From the NCBI RefSeq assembly GCF_041146345.1, contig NW_027191404.1:1550001-1614000 (forward strand): DNA of 64,000 nt, given 5' to 3'. Made by a program: the position numbers and the translations under genes. The DNA comes from Neodothiora populina (Eukaryota). The stretch's first letter is position 1. Each line of letters starts with the position of its first letter. The notes under the pieces were generated by a model, which was given only the letters and a program-made list of their open reading frames with translations, was not told the origin of the DNA and ran no database searches. Positions 9,682-21,998 of this stretch are shown one piece after another.

Positions 9682-12675
9682 TCAATCATGCTTTTCATAG
9701 ATCAAAGCTTTGTCGGGGTCAGCGCTCGACTGCCCTTCCACTGCAGACTTCTCGGGGTCAAGGTCCAAATGCTGCAGCATTGGTAGGGATTGATCCTTGG
9801 ACTTCTCCTCTGTGGCACCGGTGTCCCCTGTATCGACAAAGGCTGGTGAAGAGAGGCCCTTCGATTCCACCTGCTCTTGTCCAGGCAAATTCTTAGGTGC
9901 ATCCGAGTCACCTTCCGACTCGAGCGGCGTAAGCGCACCCCTCTTTTCAGTGTCTTCCCCTGATGAACCTTCCTCGGAGCTATTTTGGCCGTCATTGTGT
10001 TCTTTACTTACAACACCGGCTCTGTTCTCGACTTGCCCGTCTTCGGGTATCTTCTTGCTTTCTGGTTGGTGATTCTCTTCCTTTGTCGTTACCTCGACCC
10101 CCGCATCGGTTGCCCCATCATATGGCTTCGTATTTTCGATGATATCGACCTCGTCGTTGGGTTGATAAGTTCCTTCGACGACCTTGATGTGTGCATCTCC
10201 GTACTTCAAGTAGGCCCTGAGCCCCAGCACACATACTGCACTCCACGGGTCATCAGAATATATATCATCCTCGTCATCCGAGCTGTCTGAAGTACTGCTG
10301 ACGCTATCGTCAATTTCTGGATCCCATTCGAAGTCGTCGTTGACGATGTCATCTTCGGCGTCGTAGATCTTGGCTATGGCTTTGTCTGTCATGTTGTCGA
10401 TTGGAGATCCTGCATTGGTTGGCATACTGCCGTCCGGTGCGAATAGCGCGGGAGGCAGATAATCCGGCGGTGGTGGTGAGACTGATGGAGTGCCACAACA
10501 GTCCGCAGGAAAGTGGACGCCTTTACTTGCGGCCTTCTCACGAACTTCGCGCCAGAAGTTGCGTTCCTTCCTTCTAGCCTTCTCCTTTTCGATACGCTCT
10601 CGCCTTTTCATATCTCTTCGCTTGGCTTCTTGTCTTACTTTCCGCGACTTGGCATTTCTCTCTGTGCGACGCCTCTTGAGTTCTTCTTCCTCTTTCTCTC
10701 TGTTTTCTCTTTCCTTGTCTCGACGTCGACCTTTTGCATGTGCGAGGTCGAAATTGCGGCCTGTCTGCAGTAGCTTTTCACGGCGTGAGCTATACGATGC
10801 AACGACGCTACTGGCAGACACACGCGAAGTGTATCGCTCAGCAGTGATCTTGAGCACGACTGAGTAGGTCCCAGCTGGAAGATCAAGATCTGCCGTCACA
10901 GAGCGAAGGCCACGTGGGGTACATCCGCTTCCAAGCATAGAGCGAGCTATGTAAGTACTCGATGTTGTGACGGGACATGGGTAGATACGGAAGTGAAGCG
11001 AGAACTCATACCGGCCCTCCAACCCGCGGAAATAGCGCGTGTCGGGCTGGCAAAGTACCAGGACTACGGGGCCCGGTTGCGAAATGGTAAGGATGAACTG
11101 AGTGTCTAGATAGTCGGCAACCGGCGGCACATTGACAGATGTCCATTGCTGTATTGCTCTCCATTCGTCAGTGAAGAGACGGGTCCGATCAATGATGTAG
11201 AAGTGCCGAAGAAAGTTCTCGTACGTCATCCAGAACACCTGCGATCTGTCAATATTCGGAACGATTTCTCGATGACCTATACTTACACCAGGATCTTTGA
11301 AGTTGTAGCCGAGTCTATCGACAAGCTCAGAGGACCACTCTGTGAACTTGTGCATCCAAGGTCCATCGTCCTGATGTCTGCCCCATGGATCGCGGAGTTT
11401 CAGCAATTTTAGTTCCTTGTGATCCAGCACCTGGAGCACTGCGTATGCGTGTTGAGAAGTCTTCCCACCGCGTTCATAGTGCTTCGCCCCACCAGCGAAG
11501 AGATATGTGTCATTCGCTGTGCTGAGCTCCTCCCAGAAGCGTTGCTTATCGAGAATCTGTGACGGCTTGAGAGACACGGACACGCCTCCAGTGAGATCTT
11601 CGATGCCTTCACTACAGCCAGAAGTTATTTAAGTCCTGAAAGCTAAATAAGGGCCTGCATACCTGGTATCGCCCCCCTCAACAGAGCCATAATCTCCATG
11701 AGACTTGGCGTAGGCTTTCTCGATCAGTGGAAGCCATGTGTCTGAGTTGTTCTTGCAGCGGGCGAAGAATAAGGCCTCGCCGCCCTTCTGAAGATTCTCG
11801 CGCAGCTTGCTGATATCATAAGACGTGGTGCTAACCTCTTGCTTGCGGTGGCCAGATTCCACATATCTACCAACGAAAAGATCCTCACCGTCCGACACAT
11901 GCAAGAAGAGTCTATCATCTATGACTTCTGGTACCCAAGCGCCGTCTAAAACTGGGGTCAGCCAAGATCACATATCCATGCTCTTTGACTTACCTCGGAA
12001 GAACACAAATCCATATACACCGACTTGTTCGTCGCGGTCAACGCATAGACGTTTTATCAAGCCAGGTTTGGCCGCCAGACTCATGAGTGCGGCTAGTAGC
12101 CAACAGTCCCCGAGTTGGCCTTGTATGACATCGGACGCACTGGCACGGTTCTCATTGAACTGTGGATTTTCGAAGATATCCTATACCTTATGAGTAAGCT
12201 GCTTGGTGCATTTGCTCTTTCTCGTGCCTACCTCAATACGTTTCACGGCGGAAGGTCTCGCATTGTCTTCATCATAACTCGAATTGCCAAGCGGGAAGAT
12301 GCAATCATGCTCTTGATTCTCTAGATCGAAGTGGCGATCGACATATTTCTGGTTCAGTCGTCTGCACTCTGCAACGATGGCACGGACTTTCGCTGTGCAC
12401 TCAGCTTTGGCTTCTTCGTACGAGCTTGTGGGACTCTCGTGCGTATTCAGCCCATTGTCGCCTTTATCAGCAGCTACTGCTGTCTCAGCAACACGTCTCG
12501 CCAGCGATGAACTGGCAGCTGCTCGACTCGGCGACTTGGCAATGAACTTGTCCCAGGAAGTGTAGAAATCATCATCTGGGTTCGTATCATCGCTACTGCT
12601 GGATCCAGGATAGAACTTGGGACCTTCCTGCACCACTTTGATGGAAACAGGCGGTCCGTGATGTCTCGTATCCAT
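9682..12675 (-). CDS. Calpain-like cysteine protease (peptidase C2); introns 12181-12231, 11946-11993, 11612-11662, 11239-11286
   Basis: QGQLGDCWLLAAL (catalytic Cys), WLPLIEKAYAK, EGIEDLTGG, HAYAVL (His), LRDPWG, and a domain-III-like GPVVLVLCQPDTRYFRGLEG. All four introns have GT-AG ends that restore frame. Confidence 0.9.
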
Positions 12676-13600
12676 GTGCGGCGTTCTGTGTTTCTTTTCA
12701 AGGTGATATGTATATAGTTATTTCCACGATGTTGATGAAGTGATAGTATAAAATTTGAAATACGGTGGTGTTTTTTCGGTTCACATACTGAAGACAAAAG
12801 TAGGATGAAATGAGAGCCAAACCCATACAAGACTGGACATCGAATATTATTATACTGTCAACTTAAGTGAGACCGAGACGTAACACCGCTGCGACTGTTT
12901 GCCTTAATTCTGGCATCCTCGAAAATCGGTTGGATAGCGGCGCGGAAGAGTCACGACACCGGTGTAGGCAATGCATCTGACCGACGCAGCAGGGCAGCCA
13001 CGTAAGACCGTGCAGCATGGTTCACCACACTCCTGCTGCATGCAACAGCTGTATGTAGATTCACGATATGCAGAACACCAATACTAGAATATGCAGCCAT
13101 TCGCTATCGAGCGGGTATTGGTGTTACCGCTAGCCTATGGTGGCGGAGGGAAGTGTTGACGCGACAGGATCAAAAGTTCGTGACTGGCCCAAAACCTGAC
13201 AATAGCGATGTGAGCTTCTTGAGAGCAGTAAGTGGAGGTACCGAGTAACGGGTTGATGCACAATGTCAACACAAGGCGAGACAGTCACAAGGTATCGTAT
13301 GGTGTTGATGTCTGATATCTTCTCAAGACAGCTACAGTACTGTACCTTATAGCCTGTCATTTCTGAGCAAATCGAGGATTCAAGACGATAACGGGACCAG
13401 ATCCGATAGACGACAGGTCACGCACGGGCCTGTGAGGCTTCAAATGCGACACTTCATCACTTCCAGCTCTCTCTACCATATCGCAAGAGAGGGTGCTTTG
13501 ACAACACATACCTTAGCTCTTCGCGAGAATAGATAACAGAGGACGAGTGATATTGCACAGCAATACTGAATCAGAAGCTCGGGATTATTGGTGCAACAAG

Positions 13601-14479
13601 ATGCTCAGCGTTTTCCAAACCCGCTACGCGCGGATGGAGCAGGCGCTCAATGCCTTGATTGAGTCGATCGTAGCATATAATCCCTCACTGAATGCTGCAG
13701 ATGAGCTTGTAGCAGCTGATGACGAGGTCAACGAGGCCTTAGAGCAGTGTATGTAGGTATTCATCGTCACCTAGGCCCGTCTTACTAATCCTATAGTGGC
13801 CATCCACCAAGCAAATTACGCGCAAATACTTTCTTTACGTCAGACTGCAGATGCTTTGGACAGCAATATCAAATCAACCATGAGGATGCTTGCCGACACG
13901 CGAAGAGAACTACTCAACATACCCGGTAGACAGGACACGGCTGTCATTCGCGAGGTCCCCGTCGAGGAGCTGTTGTCATATGCCAAGTTCATCAGTAAAA
14001 CGACAGTACCTCCCACATTCAGAGGACACATTCCAAAGGAAATCAATGCAACCCAGCAGTCAACAGAGCAAGCACCGACCCAGATTGCCAATGGTATGGC
14101 TACCCCGGCAGGTACAGGTGCAGACGGTGGTCTGCCACAACAGCAAGGTGAAGGTATTGGTGTGTCTAAGCTCAACGAAGAGACAAAGGACATGCTCGAT
14201 CCTCTAGCGAAGCTGCCCTTCTACCCTTGGCCTTCTCCAGATCTCATCAGAGTGGGTGCTCTGTCAAGTATTCAGGTCATGCTGGAGGATGGCAGAGACC
14301 CTTCAACGGTACTAAGTAGGGAGGAGCAAGAGGCGGAGGATAAGCGTAAGGCTGACAAAGAAGAAAGAAAGCGGCAAGAGGAAGAAGAGCTGGAGCGTAA
14401 ACGCTTGGAGAGCTATGCTATGCGCGGTTCTGGACGACAACAAGAAACTGAGGCTGTCTTCGACCCAGATGAATTGTGA
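13601..14479 (+). CDS. MED4: Mediator of RNA polymerase II transcription subunit 4; intron 13749-13796
   Basis: N-terminal helical segment (LIESIVAYNPS...ELVAADDEV), EELLSYAKFISKTTVPPT, PWPSPDLIRVGAL, and an acidic/charged tail typical of fungal Med4. Confidence 0.85.
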
Positions 14480-15264
14480 GCAATGGCAAGTCAATTTATG
14501 TTGTTTTTGACATTGCTTCTTTACCAAGCAAGCATAATCACGACCATTCTAGGAGAGCTTAGCTGCTTCAGCATAAGCTGTAACATAACTTGACTCTAGT
14601 CTGTCATTCCAGCGCAACCTTGACTCCCATCAGACGTTTGTGTTACACTTGAAAGCAATAAAGATCCTCCGGCTATTTATATAAAGCATGAGAACTATGC
14701 CCCCATTCCACATATGCGCTTGTCGAGCCTTAGCAAAAGTCTGCACATGTCATATGGTATGAGCTGGGTTCGGATATCCCCTCCTCCAAGACCATGAAGG
14801 GACCGGGCCTTTACTTCGCTCATACCATTGGTCACGTGGCTTCCCTCACGTTGTACCGAAATACACTCAACAACGTGGTAAACATACACAGAGTTCACCT
14901 TATAGTATATCAACTCCTACCATATTGTCTTATTATATCTTCACCATTGCTTGAGAATCTGGCCCCTCCCTGCATTCATTTTTCGTCTCTTCGCCTTTAA
15001 GCACTCAACAAGATGTCAAGGTAAGTTCGTATTTTTTTTACACGTTGACCAATCCAATTTCGGGTGTCGCTTGCTACGTAAATGGCATGAGACCAGCATT
15101 ATAGTGCAGTCTTGTAGGGACCTGTCTTTGGCCGTGTCTCTATCGATGCAGGTCGCGGACTTCCTATCAACTACACTCCCCTGCCGGGTAGACAAGCATC
15201 AGTATCACTGTGCTCAATTTTAATATCCCTCTATGCATATAGCAGGTTCTAACGACTAATATAG

Positions 15265-15936
15265 AAGAAAAATGACAGAGGCCAGGCACAGAGTTCGCCA
15301 GCGACGAGTGTATACATAGCTCAGGTGGAACGGCTGGAACTCGAACTCGAGAACACTGCAGAGAAAGAAGATCAGCTCGATAGCATTGTAGAAGACCTCG
15401 GCTGGCTACAGACAACAGGGACTTATCCAGCGTGGGCCAGAGAAATCATCGAGCCCCAAACCCACATTCCATCGCGTCTATGGCGAACAGGCTGGATCTT
15501 TGAGCTGGAAGGCGAGCCCCAGAAGCGCACTTGGTCGCCAGTAGGCGACACCTACTCGAAAGACGACATCCAATATATAATCGCCAAAGTAACGTGGGTG
15601 CGCACGCCTGTGCTCGACCACGAGGAGGTCCAAATCCGACGCCCGATCATCGCTTCGACGGCAATGTCTACTATTCGCGCACAATTTGAGGACCAACGAG
15701 AACGACCAAAGAGGTATGAAATCATGCATGATTTCTACGCAGACGAAGTCGAACAAAGCAGTAATAGAGGTAAAGTCAGGGGCGGCAGGCGTCAGCAACC
15801 ACGCCTAAGCATCTACCACGACTACAATGGCAATCGTCCACTTACAGCAGAGGAGAGGGGAGTGAAGAAATGCTTTGACTGGAGTGAGAATGGGTCGTTA
15901 CTCGTTGCTGAGCCATATGCTCAAGGGCTTGAATAG
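15265..15936 (+). CDS. Hypothetical protein, last exon (5' exon(s) not resolved)
   Basis: Open frame of over 200 codons preceded by a branch point and acceptor (CTAAC/ACTAAT...TAG at 15264). A possible first exon ATGTCAAG|GTAAGT at 15013-15020 is not in compatible phase. No family recognised. Confidence 0.45.
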   Translation, partial: KKNDRGQAQSSPATSVYIAQVERLELELENTAEKEDQLDSIVEDLGWLQTTGTYPAWAREIIEPQTHIPSRLWRTGWIFELEGEPQKRTWSPVGDTYSKDDIQYIIAKVTWVRTPVLDHEEVQIRRPIIASTAMSTIRAQFEDQRERPKRYEIMHDFYADEVEQSSNRGKVRGGRRQQPRLSIYHDYNGNRPLTAEERGVKKCFDWSENGSLLVAEPYAQGLE

Positions 15937-16393
15937 TGATATGAAGTCGATGGAGGGGGTGACGTTGGGCGTCGGACAGGGTTCTCCTCGGGATTCGATG
16001 GCGGTAACGACTACGAATATGCAGTCTGACAACACTGAGGGGAGCTGGGGGATTCTGACGAGTGCCATCGGGGTCTATTGGCTGAAAGTAGGTCGTACTT
16101 TGACGCGTGAATCAGGATAGCGAGGGTACTACAGCGGATGTTGTCTAATGGCGCATGACCTCCCATCACATCACTTGTGCACAAATAGGGTAAGATTGAA
16201 CCAAAGGTCAATGTCTCAATCGAGCGACAAGTGAATGCAGATTGATTTGTCCTTCCCATATAAAGTTGACTATGAACAATTGCCATTTAAGACGGTGGAG
16301 ATATACACATATACAAAACTTCGAAACCTGCCAACGCCAGCTCGACCAACGCCAAAAGACAAACAGGAACCACAAACATTGAGCAGTCCCTCC

Positions 16394-17458
16394 CTAATAG
16401 CTGACTCTATACCGCTTAGCGGTCGATGCCCAGTAGAAGTGAGTAGCAGAAAGTAGATATAGAGCCTCAGCGGACTCCTTCTCCACACTATCATCAGGCC
16501 TGGACGCGATAGCCTTACGCAGCCGCTTGGCCAATTGCAAACGCTCGTTGTGGTGGATCACCAGATGCGCGACGCCTTCTCTCACCTTCTGTCGACCGTC
16601 TTCTGTCATGACATCGGACGACGTGAGGTTGATGCCCGAGTCGACTACAACGAAGTTCATCACTTCACCCTCACGCAAGTCCTTCTCAAGGCCGAGGACG
16701 TCGTTTTGTAAGCCTACGACGCCATAGATCTCTTTTTCTAGGGCGCGCAGTGCAGAAGACTTGGCGTGGTTTTGAGGTAAGGTTTCGCTCTCGACAAGCA
16801 TCGCGAGCGGCGCGATACCAATGGTTCGAACTCGGATCTTCATGTATTCATCCATGTTGGCTGGAGCGATACCTGTGGCTCTGATGGGCGATTCCGCCAT
16901 GATCCCGCCAAAGACATCGCTGGCAGCCAAAATCACTCGACGGTACGTGAACTCCGACAGAAGTGTCTGGAGGTGTCTGCAGAAAGCATATGTGATGTGA
17001 ATGATGCGTTCAGCAGGCGTGTCCTCGACGCTCATGTGGTTTTTGAGTGGGCCATATGGCATTTTCATGATCTTGATGCTTTCTTGAAGTACCTGTTGGG
17101 CTTCGCCGGGATCCATAGCCTCGACAAGATCATCAATCGTGCACAAATACGAGAACCATGCTGTCATAGCAAGAATCGTTTCGCGGTGGCGAAGTGCCGG
17201 GAATGTGATGTTAGTGAATTTGAAGTCGTTTTCGCTTCTCGAAAGCAGCTTCGTCCTGTTGTTCCACATCCATGGTTCACATGCCAAACGGAAGTCGAAG
17301 TGTTCATTCATATGATCCATGTAAGAGTAGCTGTGATCCTGGGCTTCAGCCAGTTCTGCAACGGTTATCGGCAGTTCCAGTCTGAGATCATCCCCAGAAT
17401 ATTGGCCCGGAACATTAAACGCCAGCACAGATGGCTTCTTTCTGATAGTTCGGCTCAT
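16394..17458 (-). CDS. Class I terpene synthase/cyclase (probably sesquiterpene synthase), intronless
   Basis: Asp-rich DDLVE motif, pyrophosphate-sensor Arg in RVRTIG, NSE/DTE-type NDVLGLEKD, and C-terminal WxxxxxRY (WASTAKRY). 354 aa. Confidence 0.88.
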   Translation of the reverse strand: MSRTIRKKPSVLAFNVPGQYSGDDLRLELPITVAELAEAQDHSYSYMDHMNEHFDFRLACEPWMWNNRTKLLSRSENDFKFTNITFPALRHRETILAMTAWFSYLCTIDDLVEAMDPGEAQQVLQESIKIMKMPYGPLKNHMSVEDTPAERIIHITYAFCRHLQTLLSEFTYRRVILAASDVFGGIMAESPIRATGIAPANMDEYMKIRVRTIGIAPLAMLVESETLPQNHAKSSALRALEKEIYGVVGLQNDVLGLEKDLREGEVMNFVVVDSGINLTSSDVMTEDGRQKVREGVAHLVIHHNERLQLAKRLRKAIASRPDDSVEKESAEALYLLSATHFYWASTAKRYRVSY

Positions 17459-20400
17459 GTTGACGTATCACACGATATGATCTTCGATAAGTATCTTCAG
17501 CAGGACTCGGTTGGACACCCGGTAGCACCGTGGTAGAGTTGAATTGATGGAGGATAAATGCCTTTGCACCATGGGAGGCCATGCTGGAGTTTATAGGATA
17601 CTCTTAGCCTCCTTGACATGTGCAAGCCGAACTACCGGTGCGAGAAATCTCCTGTCAGAATTCAGGCATGGACGCCGAACACGCAACGGTCCTGCATCAT
17701 GCCAAAGCTACAACAAAAATACACGAGAGAAGGATGACCGAGATGGCGCTACATTTCTGGAACACTAAGGTGCTGGGCGTCCTGGACACTGCATTAGCCC
17801 AGGAGCGGACATCGACGCTGTTCAGTTGAGCACATACTAGCTCATGATTCGTTCGTGGAAAACTTCTAGAACAGTTGTGCGTATCGAGCTCTAACGCAAG
17901 TACTATCTAAGCGTGTTGCTCCAAGAACGTGGCTATGCCGGCATCAGAGGTTTGTGCTAATACAGTCAGCGCATGACAACTCAGTGCAGGGTTGAATTTG
18001 AATCATTCACTACACCATCTCTGTTCCTATCATGCATGTGTTTGGAGTGGAGAAGCGCAATCCGCCACCCTAAAAAGTAATTGTCTTGTCTCGGACAGCG
18101 TGAGGATGTCCTTCGAGGCTACTACGAGCTCCGGCAGTCTGCACTTACTTGAAAACCGTTGTCCTTGCGCATATCTTTTGACAATAAACAAGATTTGTGT
18201 AGTGATGTTCTTGGCTTGATGTGCTCCATTGCCGGTGATGCCCGGAGATGCCTCTTACCTCCTACCTCGGGCTCGAACGAGTAGTACGCAGTTTGCATGT
18301 ATCAAAGTGCTCACCAGGTACTGTATCGCAGTCCCATAGCAGGTTGCTAACAAGGCTATGGTGTTCATAAGCGGCTTAAGGACATAGTCTAGACCTTAGA
18401 CTGCTGCGAGCCAGAACGTGGATCATGTCCTAATGCATCTTGCTCGATGTTCTTTTCTCGGCTTAAACGACGGTGATTTCATCACCAACGTATAAGCGAC
18501 GAAATGGCACGTTGTAGACGTATGTTGCCTGCAATGGCCAGAGTAGGTAGGGGCGCTAGTGCGCACGAAGCCCTGGCCCTCCATAGGTCGACAGCCATGC
18601 TGCGTTACCATCCCTCTGGGATTTAGGATCCAATATCCAGTCGAATGAATTGAGACACAAGTGGATCCTTCGGATGGACAATCCAAATAGCATGATCGAC
18701 TCTTTATGGTAAGGTATGCTCATCATGCTTGGATGTTACCACGACCGAGCGAACAAGCTGAGTTGTGGCATACATTCAGATTCCTGAGAGACGAGGTTCG
18801 TCGGATGAACGTTAGCAACGGCGTCCCGTTTCTCCACACAGCACTCCGAAGTGAGACGCGTTTTGTGTGTCGCACTGTGATACGCAAACCGTTTTCAAAG
18901 ACGTTGCCAGACAAGAGCACAATATACTTCAATATCTCCTTGGCAGGTGGTCAATAGAGCTATCGGAGTTGAGAAGTTCGATGCTCAGTAACTCGCATCC
19001 TATCGTGGTTTGAGTGCGACAATCGAAGAATCCCAGACACTAGGAGACATTTCCGGATAGAAGATAAACAGCGGGCTGAACACGCGTAGGGACAGTGAGC
19101 TCAACGGCGTCTTGATGGTTTCCACGTAGGAGAAGCTAGAAAACTTAAACTCGCAGAACTCTGCTCGAAGTCTGACACCAGTATGTAACACGGATCTATC
19201 ATTGGCTGTCACGTTACATTGGTTAGCATTGACATGCAGCTTGTCGGATAATGTGCTTTTACATGTCTAACGCTATTTCTTCTCTGCAGCGATAGCATGT
19301 GGGTTTCCTGAGTACGAGGTAGTAGCTTGTGGGTCAGAGCTCAAGGTCGACACTCATGCAGCTGTTCGAACAGAGACTGCTATGATGCTCGTATTGTGTT
19401 CGTCACATGTGCCATGTGGATCGCGTCGTTGGACTGCCATCATACTTGACGACCGACGCAGCTTACTTTATGCTAGTCGCTGTTGTTTTTGTCGCATCTC
19501 TTCGACTTTCCTGACTACAGTCTAACAGAAGTCGTCACCTGATATCATGCTAAAGATTGCGTGAATTTTTTCGCTGTAGGATCGATCCTTATGCTAGGGC
19601 AGAGCCGAAACAACAGCGATAAGGAGGAAGAGTAATCTTAAATGCAGTTCAAGGTATGGTCACGCACATATAGTCCTTACGACCACCATTTCACCACAAG
19701 CTCTACTAAGATCTCGAAGGTCCCAAGAGGCTATGGTGACATTATAGGCTTGCCTGGCACACCATATGGTCAAGATTGAAGAGAGACGGCGCATCAATAT
19801 GCAGTGTTGCGCGAGAAAATAAAGATAGCATCTTATCGAGAACAACCACGCGAGGCGGACCTCACCCGTGTCCTGGGATATATACGCTTAATAGTCGACT
19901 TTCCAACACAAACCTCCAGAGTGCTACTAGGCAACATATATCAGACTATCCGGGAGCAGGATGTTGCCGCGATTTTGATCGTTACCTTAATCGCCCGCCA
20001 CAGTTGATGCCTCAGGCCAACATTACTCGATGACAAGAACACCCGGACCAGGGCTTTACCGGGATCCGTTCTAATCAACCAAGAGCTCATCACTACTCTA
20101 CCTTCCGTCTCAACGCATCAGCGAACAGCTGCAAGATCGTAAAGAAACTCACTTAGGGCATGGAATTTCGTTCGCAAGCCATCATGGTACGGATGCTTTT
20201 GTTCCGTCTCATGCCGTTTCACACAGACTACCTGATCAGCAGGGCGAATGTTTCGGGAAATTTGTTGCCGAGATGTAGGGCACAGCCCTGAAGCCCTGAA
20301 GAGAACGAACCTAATGCATAGAAGGAAGCTTCTTGGAGATCTGCGCATCCGTGCAAAGCAATTTCGATGCCGGTCCCAACTCCAAGAAGTGCCTATAGAC

Positions 20401-20894
20401 GACTGGACGACCAAGGAGATGAGTCTCTGAGTTGGAGAAACCCGTAGACACGCGCGGACAAGTACGGCAAGACCCCCCAAAAATACAGCAGATGCATACT
20501 TGAAGGGTGCAGGGAGGTGCTCCTATTCAAGACCATCATCGAAGTAACAAATACATCTTTCAATCCTGAGGATGGGTTCGAAGCAATGGTGTGAACAGGA
20601 TACAGTATCGGCACATCGCCAGCAACATGTCCAAACCCTAAGCTTGCTAAGGATCGACGACAACCTTCTCTCGAGAAGCCCTACCTGACAAGATCCAATG
20701 TAGGGCAGTGCCGCCAATACGATGCTGGTATGTGTCAATCTATAGAATAGATACGATCTAAGGTAAAGTTAAGTCAGTGGCTCGAGAGCAATGCCGGGAC
20801 TTGGTGAGTATAAGAATGGAAGAAGCACCCACGTAGGTTCTGTCTATCATCACCATAATTTCTTTCTTCTCTTATCTAGCCTCAGAACTACAAG

Positions 20895-21998
20895 ATGCAC
20901 ATTCCCACTCTTTCCGTAGCATCTACGGTTGTCACAGTTGCAGCAGCAAAGAGCAATCTCTGGGTAGACCGCGCTCCCAACCATGTCCGACCATACGTTA
21001 TCGAACACTATGCTCCTGCACAGGCTGTTTCTGTCGGGGCCCAAGTCTACCGCTTTCCAGTGACTGGGCCTGCTTCTGGCGGCAAGTTCTCTCTACTCAG
21101 CACGTCCAGCCCTGCATCGGACGCTCTAGGCGTCCTCCCCCATCTACATCAAACGCATTTTGAGAACTTCTTCGCTCTCAAAGGCAGATTCCAGCTCTGG
21201 ACCGAAAAAGAGGGCGAGGAGAGCTCGCGTCTCCTCACTGTCGGTGATTATGGCGCGTGTCCACGCAACACCACACACACCTTCCAGATCATGGATCCGG
21301 ACACTGAGATGGTCGGGGTAATTTCACCAGGAGGCTTCGAGGAACTGTTCTTTTTCCTCGCAAACAGCAATTACTCCTCTTCTACCGATAGCCCTTTTGT
21401 GCCCGCTGCAAGCACAAACTCCGCCGGCGGTGGCTCTTCGGCCGATATCATAACCACACTCGAGTCTCTCGATGTCTACGCCCAGCTGTCTTACAACCCT
21501 CGTCGCGATATCGTGAACGGCTCCGCGCCCAGCTCGAACTGGCACACTGGCTCTAACTCACTCGCAAACAATTCCCACACTCCCTATTATATCGCCAAGG
21601 ACTTTGGTCCCAAGTACATCCACAACGGCACTTTCTACCAGATCGTCCAGCCATTCGTCACCAACCTCCAGAGCGCAGACACAAACTTCACCGAAGGCAC
21701 AATCACCATGTCACGCCTGCGTGGTGGAGCAAGCTCCCGCGCGGTCACCACTACTATACTTGCCGACCACCATGCGTTCGAAGTCCTCGAGGGGGTCATG
21801 AAGTTGACTATGAGTGGCGAGACAGTGACCCTCATCACTGGCGACGTTGCCTTTATCCCTGGTGGAACACAATTCAAGTACTGGTCCGAGGTCGCTTTCA
21901 CGAAAGTGCTATATGTCGGCGCGGGCACTCAGACGCTGGATAGGACACTCATGGCTAACGCGAGCAGCTGGGATTATGCTGTGTTCCCCACCGCATAG
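20895..21998 (+). CDS. Secreted quercetin 2,3-dioxygenase (quercetinase), bicupin
   Basis: Signal-peptide-like N-terminus. DALGVLPHLHQTHFENF (H-x-H-x4-E metal ligands) and THTFQI match Aspergillus quercetinase motifs. Second cupin has GDVAFIPGG. Confidence 0.92.
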   Translation: MHIPTLSVASTVVTVAAAKSNLWVDRAPNHVRPYVIEHYAPAQAVSVGAQVYRFPVTGPASGGKFSLLSTSSPASDALGVLPHLHQTHFENFFALKGRFQLWTEKEGEESSRLLTVGDYGACPRNTTHTFQIMDPDTEMVGVISPGGFEELFFFLANSNYSSSTDSPFVPAASTNSAGGGSSADIITTLESLDVYAQLSYNPRRDIVNGSAPSSNWHTGSNSLANNSHTPYYIAKDFGPKYIHNGTFYQIVQPFVTNLQSADTNFTEGTITMSRLRGGASSRAVTTTILADHHAFEVLEGVMKLTMSGETVTLITGDVAFIPGGTQFKYWSEVAFTKVLYVGAGTQTLDRTLMANASSWDYAVFPTA

